In this document: piece after piece, positions 34,571 to 44,649 of the stretch
Position numbering within the stretch: the first letter of the stretch is position 1
Layout of the letters: each line of letters starts with the position of its first letter
Virus record (IMG/VR): IMGVR_UViG_3300025127_000009
Location: 96,001-160,000 of that record
DNA length: 64,000 nucleotides
Reading direction: 5' to 3' (one strand)
Origin: a virus
The notes under the pieces: model-generated
Told to the model about the DNA's origin: nothing
Database searches by the model: none
Seen by the model: only the letters and a program-made list of their open reading frames with translations
Translations under genes and position numbers: made by a program

Positions 34571-34850
34571 GCTTTCTCCCTTTATCCATTATATAAAGCC
34601 ACTTGCAATAAATCCAACCTTGTCCTAGCCTTGCATCAGCCTTACCTAGATTATAAAAGTAATCTTGATATTTAGTGCCTGGTATTATTTTTACCAGCGC
34701 TTTTTCACTATCATATTTCTCAGTGATTGTGCATTTTTCACCTAATAGATGTAATTTTAGCACTAGTCCTATCCACTCTCTAGTATGCAAATAGTGACCC
34801 ACTAAATCCCCTACCTTGAATCCCTTTGGCTTTTGGAAGGAGAATGTCAT
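34530..34850 (-). CDS. KOW-like protein
   Basis: 'FKVGDLV..IGLVL'. Confidence 0.6.
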   Translation of the reverse strand: MTFSFQKPKGFKVGDLVGHYLHTREWIGLVLKLHLLGEKCTITEKYDSEKALVKIIPGTKYQDYFYNLGKADARLGQGWIYCKWLYIMDKGRKHEYKRIKTNNDRK

Positions 34851-34984
34851 GAATTAACTAGTCTTCGTAAACTTGATTAATACTAGCGTTTTCGATGTTT
34901 CTATTGTCGTCACAATCTTTTATCATGAACACACCAAATGTTAATATTGCAGACCACAATATTAAAGATAGTCTTTCTAAAATT

Positions 34985-35536
34985 TTATGTGATAGTTGAA
35001 TAGTCGTTTACCTCCACTACCTGACCTAATACATAGGTATATCGGCTTAAGACATCACCTCTTCCTCTATCCTTCGCATCTTCTATAAGATGCCTCATTC
35101 TATGAAACAAGGTCTCGCAGTTTATATAAAAAGACAAAGCATCTACTAACGCCGTGACACCTGTCAGGCCCATTGAGGATCCGTTAGAAGTAAAATCTGT
35201 GATGTATCCTCTTGAGTTTTTAAATTGTATCTTTATTCTCATGTTAGACTTTAAAATTTCTGCTTTGTGGTCTATCTGGAAATAAGCATCGTGAAGCGCC
35301 AAAGTGTTCAGAGAAGTGTGCTTTTTCTGATAGTGAGAAAACAATGCGGAATACGCAGAATCAAGGAGGCCGACACCTGAACCCTTAAGAGTCCTTGCTT
35401 TCTCGCCCTCTTTAACTTTAATTTTTATTGTGGATTCACTATCTGCAAATTCTTGTAGACTGTAATCTAACAAGTCTAATGTAAATATGTCTTGTAAGTA
35501 TTCCTGAAAAAATTCACGGAGTTGTTCTTTGTTCAT
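34985..35536 (-). CDS. Stand-alone LeuA allosteric (dimerisation)-like domain protein
   Basis: 'GSGVGLLDSAYSAL..LHDAYFQ..ALVDALSFYIN' resembles the GxGxGPVDA..AL pattern. Confidence 0.45.
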   Translation of the reverse strand: MNKEQLREFFQEYLQDIFTLDLLDYSLQEFADSESTIKIKVKEGEKARTLKGSGVGLLDSAYSALFSHYQKKHTSLNTLALHDAYFQIDHKAEILKSNMRIKIQFKNSRGYITDFTSNGSSMGLTGVTALVDALSFYINCETLFHRMRHLIEDAKDRGRGDVLSRYTYVLGQVVEVNDYSTIT

Positions 35537-37869
35537 AGATCGGCCTTTTCAAATCCTGCAGAGATTTTAAATATCCTAACTACTCCCTTTGTTTTTCTTA
35601 TTGCTTGTAGTATCTTCACCTTAGCATCTTCTGGCGACCTTAGTATACCCGGTATGCTTGGAATGAATTTTATCTTGAGACCAGCGATAAAATCAGTTTC
35701 ACTGATTCTCTGGTTCTTGATCTTAACATCAACAACTGTAACACTTGGGACAGCGCGAATATCTGCCACGATATCTTCAAGACCTCTCATCTTGTCATCT
35801 GTGTCTTTGGCAGGGCGATATCCAAGCATGAGATAGAAAGCATATATTTGTGTTTGCCTAGATCTTTCACTAATCATTTCATTAAAATAATTTGAAACGT
35901 CCTCTTCTATATCCTCGCTATCATAATTTACCCACGATCCAGGCTCATATGTTCTCATATAGTCTTCAATTGCAGCATCAAAACTTTCTTTAAAGAACGC
36001 CTTATTTCCATCTATTAGTTTCATGAGATTTAAGAGCGCCATCACATCCTCGTCATCATGCTTATAGTTAATTTCTATCACAGGAAAAAGTTCTATTGAA
36101 CTCTTGTCCTGGCTATCTTCATAATCATCCATGTTCCACGTATTGGCACGAAAAGAAAAGCCTCTGCTGCGTTCAGGCATACTATCGTCTAGAACTGATA
36201 CTATGCTATCTAGTCGGTCTGGCGGTGCAACTGACTTAACCCGCTTAAGCATATGCTTTTTTAGCACTTTCATTAACTGACGAGACTTCTTTGTCAGTGC
36301 ATCGGACTGGGCCTGATCCCAGGGATTGGGAGGAAACTGATAGTTTTCGTTGTCAGTCTCATATTCAAACCTACCGCCAACGTATTTTTTAAATGCATTC
36401 TCAGTTGGATAACCATCTATATACCTGATACCGCGATCTCTTATAAAACTATCTAAACCCTTTGTGACCTTCTCTTCATTTGAAGCAACGGTGTAAAACA
36501 AATTTGCTTTTACTACACCCTTTTGTATAAGTTCTTGCTTTATGGACGCTTCAATGTCCATTCCGAAACCTTGTGAGATTGTTCTATATCTTAGAAATTT
36601 TTTAAAACTTTCAATGCTCATGTCGAATGCATCTCGCGATCTGCTGACTGCGTTTTGATTAGTAGTAAATTCTGGTGTCAAATCAAAAATAATTTTGTTT
36701 TCTTTTGTGGAAACAATAACGGCATCGGATGCTCCTATTCTTCCACTCCCTAAATAGAATCCTGCTACGCCAGCAAACATATCTGCAATTGAACCTAACA
36801 AACCCTTTGACTGTCCTATTAAGGGGTCGCCACCTTTATCTTCCGTGAATTCTCCTGGTGCAAACTGCATTGTATACATCGCACCAAATTGAATACCCGG
36901 TTGGCCATCTTTTCTCTTTGTGTAAAAAACATCAAAATTGCTGTGAAAATTTGACCTGGCGGTGTTCAACACACTTTTCGCTTCTTTCATTTCCTGTTCG
37001 GTTGTGTCTGGTGGATTGGTCCTCGCATTTTCTAGCGCGGCTCTGGTTATATCATCATATAGATCGCCTACGTCAGTCCCCTTTAAACCTGAGAGTTTGA
37101 GGGCTGCAGGCAGTACATCCTCTACTTGATAATCGTTGTCCGGTGAATCCCAAGCATCGATAATTTCATAGTTGCCCGTGTCCTCTTTGCCTATACGAAG
37201 TGCAATCCTGTGAAGCGGATTGTCTGTTGGAATTTTTGGAAACCTTATAATAGCAAAAACATAACCCTGTTTAGTGTAATTTATGAATTGATTTTCAAAA
37301 TCTAAATTATCCTCATCTGTGCCTGAGATGCACCATTTAGTGTTCCTACCAAGGAAACAAGATGCTTCAGTAGTGTGAGGACGTTGAACTACTGCGATTT
37401 GATCTCTATAAAGTTCATCAACATCTTGTTTCAAAACTTGTTCCGTTTCGCTGCGACTTGGACCCACTTTCATCACAGCATTTTCTAAATCTACAGGCTT
37501 TTTATATTTCATGATATCTTTTTCTGGAATCTTTGATATGTTCTTGTCGAATTTTTGAACTAAATTTAAAAAGTCTATAGCGGTTTCTTCTATGTCTTCA
37601 ATAGCATCGTCTTCTTCATCTAAAGGTTCGTCAGGATCATAATCTGAAACTTTATTTTGGAAAGCGTTCTGCATTGACATCGTAAGCCACTCAATGTATT
37701 TAGAAACTTTCAATTTCCTTTTTGTTAACTCACGCACGAAGAGGTCTATTACGTTCCAAGTGTTCCAGTGTGGATATTTAACCTTTACATCTTTAATCCT
37801 GGCCTCAGTGAGGAGATCAAAGGAATTATCATTTAAGAATTTTTTCCAGGCTCTAGTGCTATAAGACAT
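35533..37869 (-). CDS. Large W-leader putative virion/ejection protein
   Basis: MSYSTRAWKKFL..LLTE; 'PHTTEASCFLGRNTKWCIS'; C-terminal module after 'ISE'. Confidence 0.7.
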   Translation of the reverse strand: MSYSTRAWKKFLNDNSFDLLTEARIKDVKVKYPHWNTWNVIDLFVRELTKRKLKVSKYIEWLTMSMQNAFQNKVSDYDPDEPLDEEDDAIEDIEETAIDFLNLVQKFDKNISKIPEKDIMKYKKPVDLENAVMKVGPSRSETEQVLKQDVDELYRDQIAVVQRPHTTEASCFLGRNTKWCISGTDEDNLDFENQFINYTKQGYVFAIIRFPKIPTDNPLHRIALRIGKEDTGNYEIIDAWDSPDNDYQVEDVLPAALKLSGLKGTDVGDLYDDITRAALENARTNPPDTTEQEMKEAKSVLNTARSNFHSNFDVFYTKRKDGQPGIQFGAMYTMQFAPGEFTEDKGGDPLIGQSKGLLGSIADMFAGVAGFYLGSGRIGASDAVIVSTKENKIIFDLTPEFTTNQNAVSRSRDAFDMSIESFKKFLRYRTISQGFGMDIEASIKQELIQKGVVKANLFYTVASNEEKVTKGLDSFIRDRGIRYIDGYPTENAFKKYVGGRFEYETDNENYQFPPNPWDQAQSDALTKKSRQLMKVLKKHMLKRVKSVAPPDRLDSIVSVLDDSMPERSRGFSFRANTWNMDDYEDSQDKSSIELFPVIEINYKHDDEDVMALLNLMKLIDGNKAFFKESFDAAIEDYMRTYEPGSWVNYDSEDIEEDVSNYFNEMISERSRQTQIYAFYLMLGYRPAKDTDDKMRGLEDIVADIRAVPSVTVVDVKIKNQRISETDFIAGLKIKFIPSIPGILRSPEDAKVKILQAIRKTKGVVRIFKISAGFEKADL

Positions 37870-37911
37870 TTAGTGTACCCTTTTTCAACTAATTAGTGCT
37901 ATTTTATAAGA

Positions 37912-37935
37912 AAAGAGGAGCAAATGCTCCTCTTT
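37912..37935. terminator. Intrinsic terminator (bidirectional-type)
   Basis: AAAGAGGAGCA-AA-TGCTCCTCTTT. Confidence 0.8.
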
Positions 37936-37962
37936 AATTATACAGGTTGCGGGTTATATTTT

Positions 37963-38361
37963 TTAGGATACAGTAATACTTCTGGTATTTATACCAGCCT
38001 CTGTCTTGGGCACTGTTACTGTCAGTATACCATCTTCCGCAATTGCTGTAATGTTCTCTACGTCAACATTCTTTGGCAACGTCCACGATTTACTAAAAGA
38101 CCTTGTGGCAACGGAGTTGGCTGTAGCCTCTTCCTGTTTATAAGAAACTGTTACCAAATTGTCTTTTACGTCAACCTTTACCTGGTCCTTTGGCACACCG
38201 GGAACTGCTAATTGAATATCATAGCCGCTCTCGGTTTTATTTACGTTAGTCGCCACTTGCGTGTTTGATAGTGGCCTTGTGCTTACAAATCCGTCAAATA
38301 AAGAATCGGTAAATGTATCAAAAATATCTCTGTTAGGGTTCCAATGTGCAAGAAAACTCAT
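37963..38361 (-). CDS. Hsp20/alpha-crystallin small heat-shock protein
   Basis: 'LAVPGVPKDQVKV', 'SFSKSWTLP..VD...I.A..EDGILTVTVPK'. Confidence 0.93.
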   Translation of the reverse strand: MSFLAHWNPNRDIFDTFTDSLFDGFVSTRPLSNTQVATNVNKTESGYDIQLAVPGVPKDQVKVDVKDNLVTVSYKQEEATANSVATRSFSKSWTLPKNVDVENITAIAEDGILTVTVPKTEAGINTRSITVS

Positions 38362-38397
38362 AGTTAATCCTCCTTGTTGTTATTTCCTTGTGTTTAT

Positions 38398-38425
38398 ATT
38401 ATAAGCACGTCTGGAAATATGTCAA
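38398..38425 (-). promoter_or_regulatory. Consensus promoter TTGACA-16-TATAAT (hsp20)
   Basis: Read directly. Confidence 0.85.
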
Positions 38426-38763
38426 TAGCGAATTTGAATATAAAGTATTAAAAGTGCGAGAAAGAGACAAGAAAGCGTTTTGGGATTCAACATAGACTCT
38501 CCCAATATTGTCCATGTTAATGCGCCAAAAACTACCACCCCAACTGCTTGAGCAATAAATCTTGCGGCCCACACGGATTCTGAATCAACCCATATTAGAC
38601 GCCAACCATACCAAAATGCAATAGAACAAGGAATCCCCATGACCATCGCGGAAATCACTGGCTTATCTTGCCACCACTCAGATAAAAATTGAGAATTTAA
38701 TTGAAACCAGGCTAAGGTTTGGCCAATGAAAAAAAATATAATTGCTTGTATTAGGTTGCTCAT
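38422..38763 (-). CDS. Four-TM small membrane protein (DMT/SMR-like)
   Basis: Four hydrophobic helices; 'LGES'. Confidence 0.6.
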   Translation of the reverse strand: MSNLIQAIIFFFIGQTLAWFQLNSQFLSEWWQDKPVISAMVMGIPCSIAFWYGWRLIWVDSESVWAARFIAQAVGVVVFGALTWTILGESMLNPKTLSCLFLALLILYIQIRY

Positions 38764-39107
38764 TGTAAAGACAAGTGTATTCCTCTATCTTTAAGTTCTT
38801 GCTTCGATTCTACGAGGGCTATAACACACTTGCTAACATTTAAAACCTCGTCTGTTTCTAATGAATACAAATTTTCAACATCTAGTTTCTTAGTTTTTAT
38901 TAGTTTGCTTAGATATTCCAGAAACAAATATGAATTTGAATACAACTTAGTTATCTCAAAAAAATGTTCTTCAGAATAATTGTTTTGGCCAATAAAGTGA
39001 TCAAACATTAATCTTTTGCAGAAATCCATATTCTGCTTGGCCATCTCTGAAAATGCTTTTGCTTCTGCAGGAGATACCTTTACACCAAATTTAGTTTTCT
39101 TATCCAA
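38760..39107 (-). CDS. Hypothetical protein
   Basis: Operon packing. Confidence 0.55.
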   Translation of the reverse strand: MDKKTKFGVKVSPAEAKAFSEMAKQNMDFCKRLMFDHFIGQNNYSEEHFFEITKLYSNSYLFLEYLSKLIKTKKLDVENLYSLETDEVLNVSKCVIALVESKQELKDRGIHLSLQ

Positions 39108-39492
39108 TTATTCCTCTCCCCCAAAAATGTTTGTTCTTTCTATCATTAGTAACTAGTAAAGCCAAAATAAGAATTTTATCTTCCTCTTTTTTAATTTGTG
39201 CTTTATACAGTTCTAGTTTGCCGAATTTAGGAACTGGCTTCTTTTTTTGATACTTTTTTCTTGGAGGAGGTTGATTAATATAATCAACACAACCTTCGAT
39301 TAATTCATTGTCTGATGTATTTTCTGGAACTTCATCCTCGACTAGGATTCTGGCTGCAACAACCCACTTTTTAGATGCAAAGCCTGGAATATCCCAAAAC
39401 ATGCTCCCATGATATCTGCCTGATTTTGTTTTTGCCTCTAGGTGCCCCAAAGACTCATACTCTGACATAGGTATAAAACTACATTTAAACAT
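39100..39492 (-). CDS. Hypothetical protein
   Basis: Operon packing. Confidence 0.55.
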   Translation of the reverse strand: MFKCSFIPMSEYESLGHLEAKTKSGRYHGSMFWDIPGFASKKWVVAARILVEDEVPENTSDNELIEGCVDYINQPPPRKKYQKKKPVPKFGKLELYKAQIKKEEDKILILALLVTNDRKNKHFWGRGIIG

Positions 39493-39724
39493 CCAGATAT
39501 TCTTTCAGGTTGTCGCAACCACCTATTAATGTAACTTTACCAGTATTTTTATTATTTTTCAACACAATTGGTACGGTTGTGCGATTATAAAACTGCTTTG
39601 CCTCTTCTAAGTGTTCCGGTTCCAAATCAAAAAAGTGATGTTCTATTTTTAAATTCTTAAGAACTCGAACCGCCTCTACACAATAATTGCACGTAGACCT
39701 ACCATAAACAAAAAATCTAACCAT
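39485..39724 (-). CDS. Glutaredoxin
   Basis: CNYC, 'TVP', 'IGGCD'. Confidence 0.9.
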   Translation of the reverse strand: MVRFFVYGRSTCNYCVEAVRVLKNLKIEHHFFDLEPEHLEEAKQFYNRTTVPIVLKNNKNTGKVTLIGGCDNLKEYLDV

Positions 39725-39995
39725 AAAGCACTTCCTTTGATCTTTTGATTTTATTAGAAAGTTTCATAAAGTTACCTAAAGCCACGACAGTTTTCGTTTC
39801 ATTGCCAAGAGAATATGTTATTTCTGTAAACTCTTGAATGTGTGCGTCTGGACCTCTCAGTTGCCTATACTCCCAAATACCATTTTTAATAGGGCGCATT
39901 GTTACAATTGAGTTAGGATTAATCGATAAAAAAGTCGTATCACCGCTTTGGTGTCTAGAATCCTCAAGCACTTCTAGATTTAACATTTTCTTCAT
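39717..39995 (-). CDS. Hypothetical protein
   Basis: Operon packing. Confidence 0.55.
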   Translation of the reverse strand: MKKMLNLEVLEDSRHQSGDTTFLSINPNSIVTMRPIKNGIWEYRQLRGPDAHIQEFTEITYSLGNETKTVVALGNFMKLSNKIKRSKEVLYG

Positions 39996-40311
39996 TCTCC
40001 TGACTATTTTCTTTTAATTGATGAATCTTATTCTGAAGTTCCTGATCGTCTTCGGGTGTCACGACAGGGACCATTGTTCTCAGAAAACCCGCGAGTATGG
40101 AGGCACAATCTGCATAGTTTTCTGAAAGAGACGCTGTTTTTTCTGCTAGTGTTTCTAGTTTCTTGTGCGAAGAAACGCCATAATCACCAACGCACAAGTC
40201 ATCATTAAGGTCTGTCAATTGCGACAAGACCTCTGCATTTTTATTTATTAGTTGTCTTAATACTTCTGGGACTTCACTTAAATCAACTGCATACGAAACT
40301 TTAACTTTCAA
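39964..40311 (-). CDS. Hypothetical helical protein
   Basis: TTG start after an AGG RBS. Confidence 0.55.
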   Translation of the reverse strand: MKVKVSYAVDLSEVPEVLRQLINKNAEVLSQLTDLNDDLCVGDYGVSSHKKLETLAEKTASLSENYADCASILAGFLRTMVPVVTPEDDQELQNKIHQLKENSQENEENVKSRSA

Positions 40312-40312
40312 C

Positions 40313-40591
40313 TTAACCTCCTATAGTTTTTAATACGAAAGCGCTGGCTAGGCCAACAAGAGCAGTGAAGAGTGTCCACAACATCTTGGAAGACGTAGAC
40401 TTCCAACTCTCTAGTGCTCTAATTCTAGCATATAAGCCTTCATCTGGATTATACACCGCTTCTTTAATTTTTGCAACATTTTCTACCATCTCATCCTGCC
40501 TCTCTTTCATGGAATCTATAGAGTTGCATAATTTATCTAACTTTCTTGTTAGTTCTAATACAAATTCGTTACTAATTGGCGTTTCTGACAT
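40313..40591 (-). CDS. Coiled-coil plus C-terminal TM (XhlA/holin-like)
   Basis: 'RIRALESWK..MLWTLFTALVGLASAFV'. Confidence 0.55.
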   Translation of the reverse strand: MSETPISNEFVLELTRKLDKLCNSIDSMKERQDEMVENVAKIKEAVYNPDEGLYARIRALESWKSTSSKMLWTLFTALVGLASAFVLKTIGG

Positions 40592-40682
40592 TGAAAGGAC
40601 CTCCTGCTTGGTGTGGTTAAATTAACAAAAACAGCGACCCATATAGAAGTGACAACCTACAAGATAAATAGACTTAAATATC

Positions 40683-42278
40683 TCAGTTTTCTTTATTATC
40701 TTGAATAATCGCAAAATTAGTTGTTAATAAAGTTCCAGCCGCAGAAACTGCATTTCTTAGCGCATTAACTGTGACCTTGCAAGGATCTATTATTCCCTCC
40801 TCAAACATGTCAACCACTTCACCAGTCAAAAAATTAAAACCGACACTATTATTATTTTGTTCTAAAAGAATTTCATTAATCTCAGAAAAATTTAGGCCGG
40901 TATTTTCGATCATAGTTGAAATTGGAGATCGCAATACTTTTAAAAATATATCAACAGCAAAAGACTGTTCATTGGATAATTCCAACTCCTCTACATCTGT
41001 TTCTAAAGATTGTGCTATTCTATAAAGCGTCATGCCACCGCCAGGAACAATACCCTCCTGTTGTGCTGATCTAACCGCCTCTAGAGCATCTTCTATCCTG
41101 TGTTTCTTTTCAATCATTTCAATTTCAGTTGCAGCGCCCACTCTAACAATGGCGACACCGCTAGACAGTCTAGTCACTCTTTCTTGAATTTGCTCTGCAT
41201 CTACTAAACTTTCAGAATCTTTAACTTGCTGTCGAAGGTCGTCAATTCTATCAGATAGTTCTGATGTGTCTGCTGCGCCACCCACAATAATAGTATTGTA
41301 TTTCGAAATCTCCACGGTCTTGCATGTACCAAGATCGTTAATTGTTGCCGTCCGTAAATCATCACCAAGCATAGTTTTAAAGTATCTAGACCCAGTTGCA
41401 ATTGCCATGTCCTGCATTATCGCCCTGCGCTCCTCTCCGTATCTTGGAGATTTAACGGCAGCAACCTTCATTGAGCCACGCGCTGTGTTCATAATAAGAG
41501 CACTTAAAGCCTGACCTGCAATATCATCTGCAACTATAACAAGTGGTTTGTTCTCTCTGGCTGCAATTTCTAACACAGGTAAAATTTCTTGAACATTCTC
41601 AATCTGCGAGTCGCACAAGAATAAAAGTGGATTTTCATATCTACAAACATTTCTTCTTTGATCTGTAACAAAATAATTTGAAACAAAACCAGAGTTAAAT
41701 CTAAAGCCCTCAACAAGATCAAGAGTGGTCTCTGTAGAACGGCCATCTTCAATAGTAACAGACCCTGACTTACCAACCTTATCAACCGCAGTGGATATAA
41801 GATCACCAATAACTGGATCGTTGTTCGCTGATATCTTTGCGACGAAGGCGATATCTTCAACGCTAGAAATAGGACGAGAAACCTCTCTTATTTTATCGCA
41901 TACAAGCCCACAAACCTTGTCTAAGCCACGTTTTACCTCAATAGGAGATATACCCTTACTCAGCAATTCAAGAGAGTTAGAGAACAATTCTCGCGCTAAA
42001 ATGGTAGAAGTTGTAGTACCATCACCAGCATCTGAATTAGTTCTCTCTGACGCTTGCTTAACAATTTCAACTGCCACGTTTTGAAAAGGATTTTCTAATT
42101 CTACAAACCTAGCAACTGTAACACCATCTTTTGTTATGATGGGAGACTTACCTTTTTCTTTTATTATTACATTTCGGCCACGGGGACCGTATGTAGATGC
42201 TACATTGTCGGCTAGTGTGTTTACACCCTCCAACATTAATTCATGCAAACTCTTTCCATTAGAATAACTCTTGGACAT
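40683..42278 (-). CDS. groEL: Chaperonin GroEL
   Basis: 'GPRGRNV', 'ITKDGVTVA', 'GDGTTT', 'GIVPGGG', 'GIIDP'; no GGM tail. Confidence 0.97.
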   Translation of the reverse strand: MSKSYSNGKSLHELMLEGVNTLADNVASTYGPRGRNVIIKEKGKSPIITKDGVTVARFVELENPFQNVAVEIVKQASERTNSDAGDGTTTSTILARELFSNSLELLSKGISPIEVKRGLDKVCGLVCDKIREVSRPISSVEDIAFVAKISANNDPVIGDLISTAVDKVGKSGSVTIEDGRSTETTLDLVEGFRFNSGFVSNYFVTDQRRNVCRYENPLLFLCDSQIENVQEILPVLEIAARENKPLVIVADDIAGQALSALIMNTARGSMKVAAVKSPRYGEERRAIMQDMAIATGSRYFKTMLGDDLRTATINDLGTCKTVEISKYNTIIVGGAADTSELSDRIDDLRQQVKDSESLVDAEQIQERVTRLSSGVAIVRVGAATEIEMIEKKHRIEDALEAVRSAQQEGIVPGGGMTLYRIAQSLETDVEELELSNEQSFAVDIFLKVLRSPISTMIENTGLNFSEINEILLEQNNNSVGFNFLTGEVVDMFEEGIIDPCKVTVNALRNAVSAAGTLLTTNFAIIQDNKEN

Positions 42279-42302
42279 TATACCTCACTTTGTTATATTA
42301 AT

Positions 42303-42330
42303 ATTATACACACTATATCATGTGTGTCAA
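42303..42330 (-). promoter_or_regulatory. Consensus promoter TTGACA-16-TATAAT (groEL) with ACACAC-N8-GTGTGT inverted repeat
   Basis: Read directly. Confidence 0.8.
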
Positions 42331-42710
42331 GGATTATTTTTATTTTTATAATCTTCTATCGCTGCTCTTATCGCATCTTCGGCCAGCACCGAGCAATGAA
42401 TTTTCACTGGTGGCAAACAGAGGTGTTCTGCTATATCTTTGTTCTTTATTTTTATTGCTTCGTCTAGTGTCCTACCCTTTACCCACTCTGTAACAAGTGA
42501 AGATGAAGCAATTGCGGATCCGCAACCATAAGTTTTAAACTTAGCGTCTTCTATTAGGCCGTCATCATTGACCTTAATTTGCAGCCTCATGACATCTCCA
42601 CAAGCAGGAGCGCCGACTAAACCAGTGCCGACGCTTTCATCTTTCACATCTAAAGAACCAACATTTCTGGGATTCTCGTAGTGTTCCAAAACTTGCTTTG
42701 AATATGGCAT
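42327..42710 (-). CDS. iscU: Fe-S cluster scaffold IscU
   Basis: 'GAPACGDVM', 'FKTYGCGSAIASSS', 'LPPVKIHCS'. Confidence 0.96.
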   Translation of the reverse strand: MPYSKQVLEHYENPRNVGSLDVKDESVGTGLVGAPACGDVMRLQIKVNDDGLIEDAKFKTYGCGSAIASSSLVTEWVKGRTLDEAIKIKNKDIAEHLCLPPVKIHCSVLAEDAIRAAIEDYKNKNNP

Positions 42711-42717
42711 ATTATAA

Positions 42718-43704
42718 CTAATTAGTTGTTTCTATATCTTGGGCGCTTGCTCTAACCTTTTCGGCTTTCTTTTTCGCAGCGCCAGCAGACTGCTTAGTTT
42801 CTTTATCATCTGTGGCTGAATACAATAGGTCGTCTACTTGGTTGACAAGATCTTGCATCTCTCTTAGAAGACCTTGAAACTTTTTGTCTAAGGCTTCAAA
42901 TACTTTTTCTGTAACCTCTAAACATCCTCTTAAATCTAGAGGAGAATTGGATAACTCCTGAAATTGAAACTTGTCTGCATACTCTGGTGAACGTAATTTT
43001 TTTATACTGAAATTCATTTGGCCTTTCTTGGTCACTGGTACAGAATCAAAGTTAGCACGGTCAACCACAAACAAGAAGAAACGAACAACACCTTGTTCTT
43101 TGCCTTTACCCTTGGTACCAACTAAATAACTTACACTGCCATCTTTGTCCACTGTTGTTTGCATTTCAATCATGGAGCCTTTGATAACACCACCTGGCTT
43201 AATAAATTTAGCAGAGATACTAACCCTATCTCCAGGAAAATGAACATCTGTTATTCCAGGCTCTCCTTGTGCTGGAATCACCCTACCCCCAAAGACGTGT
43301 GCTAAAAAGTGCTCAAAGTCGTATCCCTTGCTCTGCTCATTGGGAGAAGTCAACAAGTGGTAGAAAGTTCTCAAAACGTCAACTCGCGATATCGCCTCCG
43401 AATGGTTTGACGCATCTATTGGCTGTGAAACAAAATTATTCATCGCACCAAGAAACTCGTCAATGTCTGCTATTCCTGTTACTCCAAGGTTGTTGATTGC
43501 TTTTTTGAGTTTATTATATTGTGCATTTGATGTTGCCGCAGCCTCATCATTCATCCAATTCCGATCAATTGTAATTGGAGTGTACCTTAATACTATGTCT
43601 TCACTTTGTTCTTCAATGTTTTGTTCAGCAACCATTGGCAAACTAACAACTTTGGCCAGTTCTTGCAGTAGTTGATCTCTATAGTGGTTAAGTATATCAG
43701 ACAT
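42718..43704 (-). CDS. Hypothetical protein with PD-(D/E)xK-like core
   Basis: 'GYDFEHFLA..GG..ITDV..ISAK'. Confidence 0.45.
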   Translation of the reverse strand: MSDILNHYRDQLLQELAKVVSLPMVAEQNIEEQSEDIVLRYTPITIDRNWMNDEAAATSNAQYNKLKKAINNLGVTGIADIDEFLGAMNNFVSQPIDASNHSEAISRVDVLRTFYHLLTSPNEQSKGYDFEHFLAHVFGGRVIPAQGEPGITDVHFPGDRVSISAKFIKPGGVIKGSMIEMQTTVDKDGSVSYLVGTKGKGKEQGVVRFFLFVVDRANFDSVPVTKKGQMNFSIKKLRSPEYADKFQFQELSNSPLDLRGCLEVTEKVFEALDKKFQGLLREMQDLVNQVDDLLYSATDDKETKQSAGAAKKKAEKVRASAQDIETTN

Positions 43705-43706
43705 AA

Positions 43707-44372
43707 CTAAAAAATCTCGTCAGCGATCCCGTGTTCAATCGCTTCCTCTGCAGATAAATAGACATCAACATTAGGAATAAGTAGTTTTTTTACTTTGGCC
43801 TTAGTCAACTTGGTATGGCTACACAAGTAGTCAAAGAACATTTCCTGAAGAGCCTTGGTCTCTTTCATCTCGTTCTCCAAGTTAGCAAATGACCCGTGCT
43901 GTCCTGCATTAACACTGTGAAGCATTACCCTGCAGTTTCTGCCTATCTTTCTTTTACCCTTCGTACCTGATGCCAAGAGTAAGACACCTGCCGACATCAC
44001 CTTACCGAGACCAATTGTCTCAATGGCACAACGGTTTTTGATATCATCCATCACATCAAGAATAGAGAACATATCATTCACTATGCCGCCGTGAGTGGAA
44101 ACATACATTTTAATTGGCTTGTTGATTTCCATTGTCTCACCGCTTTTGGTTTCAACAATTTCTTTACTTGTATGATCGAAGTACAACAAAGCCTGCAAAA
44201 CTTCAGTTGCCATCGCTTCGTTGATATCGCCATAAAGTGTGATACTCCTAAGTGAATCACGACCGTCACCCTTATCGCCAGAGTCAATATTATTAATTAT
44301 GTAAATTGGTTGTTGTTCTTCTATTGTAGCAGCGTCTGGTAACTGCATATTATCTGATAACTTTATCTGCAT
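43707..44372 (-). CDS. clpP: ClpP protease subunit
   Basis: 'ITLYGDI', 'STHGG', 'GKVMSAG' (Ser), 'VMLH', 'YLSAEEAIEHGIAD'. Confidence 0.92.
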   Translation of the reverse strand: MQIKLSDNMQLPDAATIEEQQPIYIINNIDSGDKGDGRDSLRSITLYGDINEAMATEVLQALLYFDHTSKEIVETKSGETMEINKPIKMYVSTHGGIVNDMFSILDVMDDIKNRCAIETIGLGKVMSAGVLLLASGTKGKRKIGRNCRVMLHSVNAGQHGSFANLENEMKETKALQEMFFDYLCSHTKLTKAKVKKLLIPNVDVYLSAEEAIEHGIADEIF

Positions 44373-44649
44373 TATAAACCTTTTCTTTGTTTCGCTTTGA
44401 TTTCTCTACAATTCTATATGGAAATTGTTTAAGAAACTTTTTCCATAGGTAATCACTTTTAAATTCTTTTGTAAAAAGCAATATTGCGTCTTTACTAACA
44501 TGACTATAGCCTTCGCCAGATTGACGCCAATCACTTAATTGTTTTAAAACAGTTTTGATTGTTCTGCCATCTTTATAAGAAACTTGAATCATACACTTGA
44601 TTTTATCATCGTTTAAAACATTTTGCTTCCAACCAACAATATCCATCAT
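44350..44649 (-). CDS. Hypothetical protein
   Basis: Operon packing. Confidence 0.5.
   Translation of the reverse strand: MMDIVGWKQNVLNDDKIKCMIQVSYKDGRTIKTVLKQLSDWRQSGEGYSHVSKDAILLFTKEFKSDYLWKKFLKQFPYRIVEKSKRNKEKVYNADKVIR

Noticed and set aside
42308-42327. Inverted repeat in the groEL promoter as a CIRCE element
   Set aside because: ACACAC-N8-GTGTGT does not match CIRCE (TTAGCACTC-N9-GAGTGCTAA); kept only as a note
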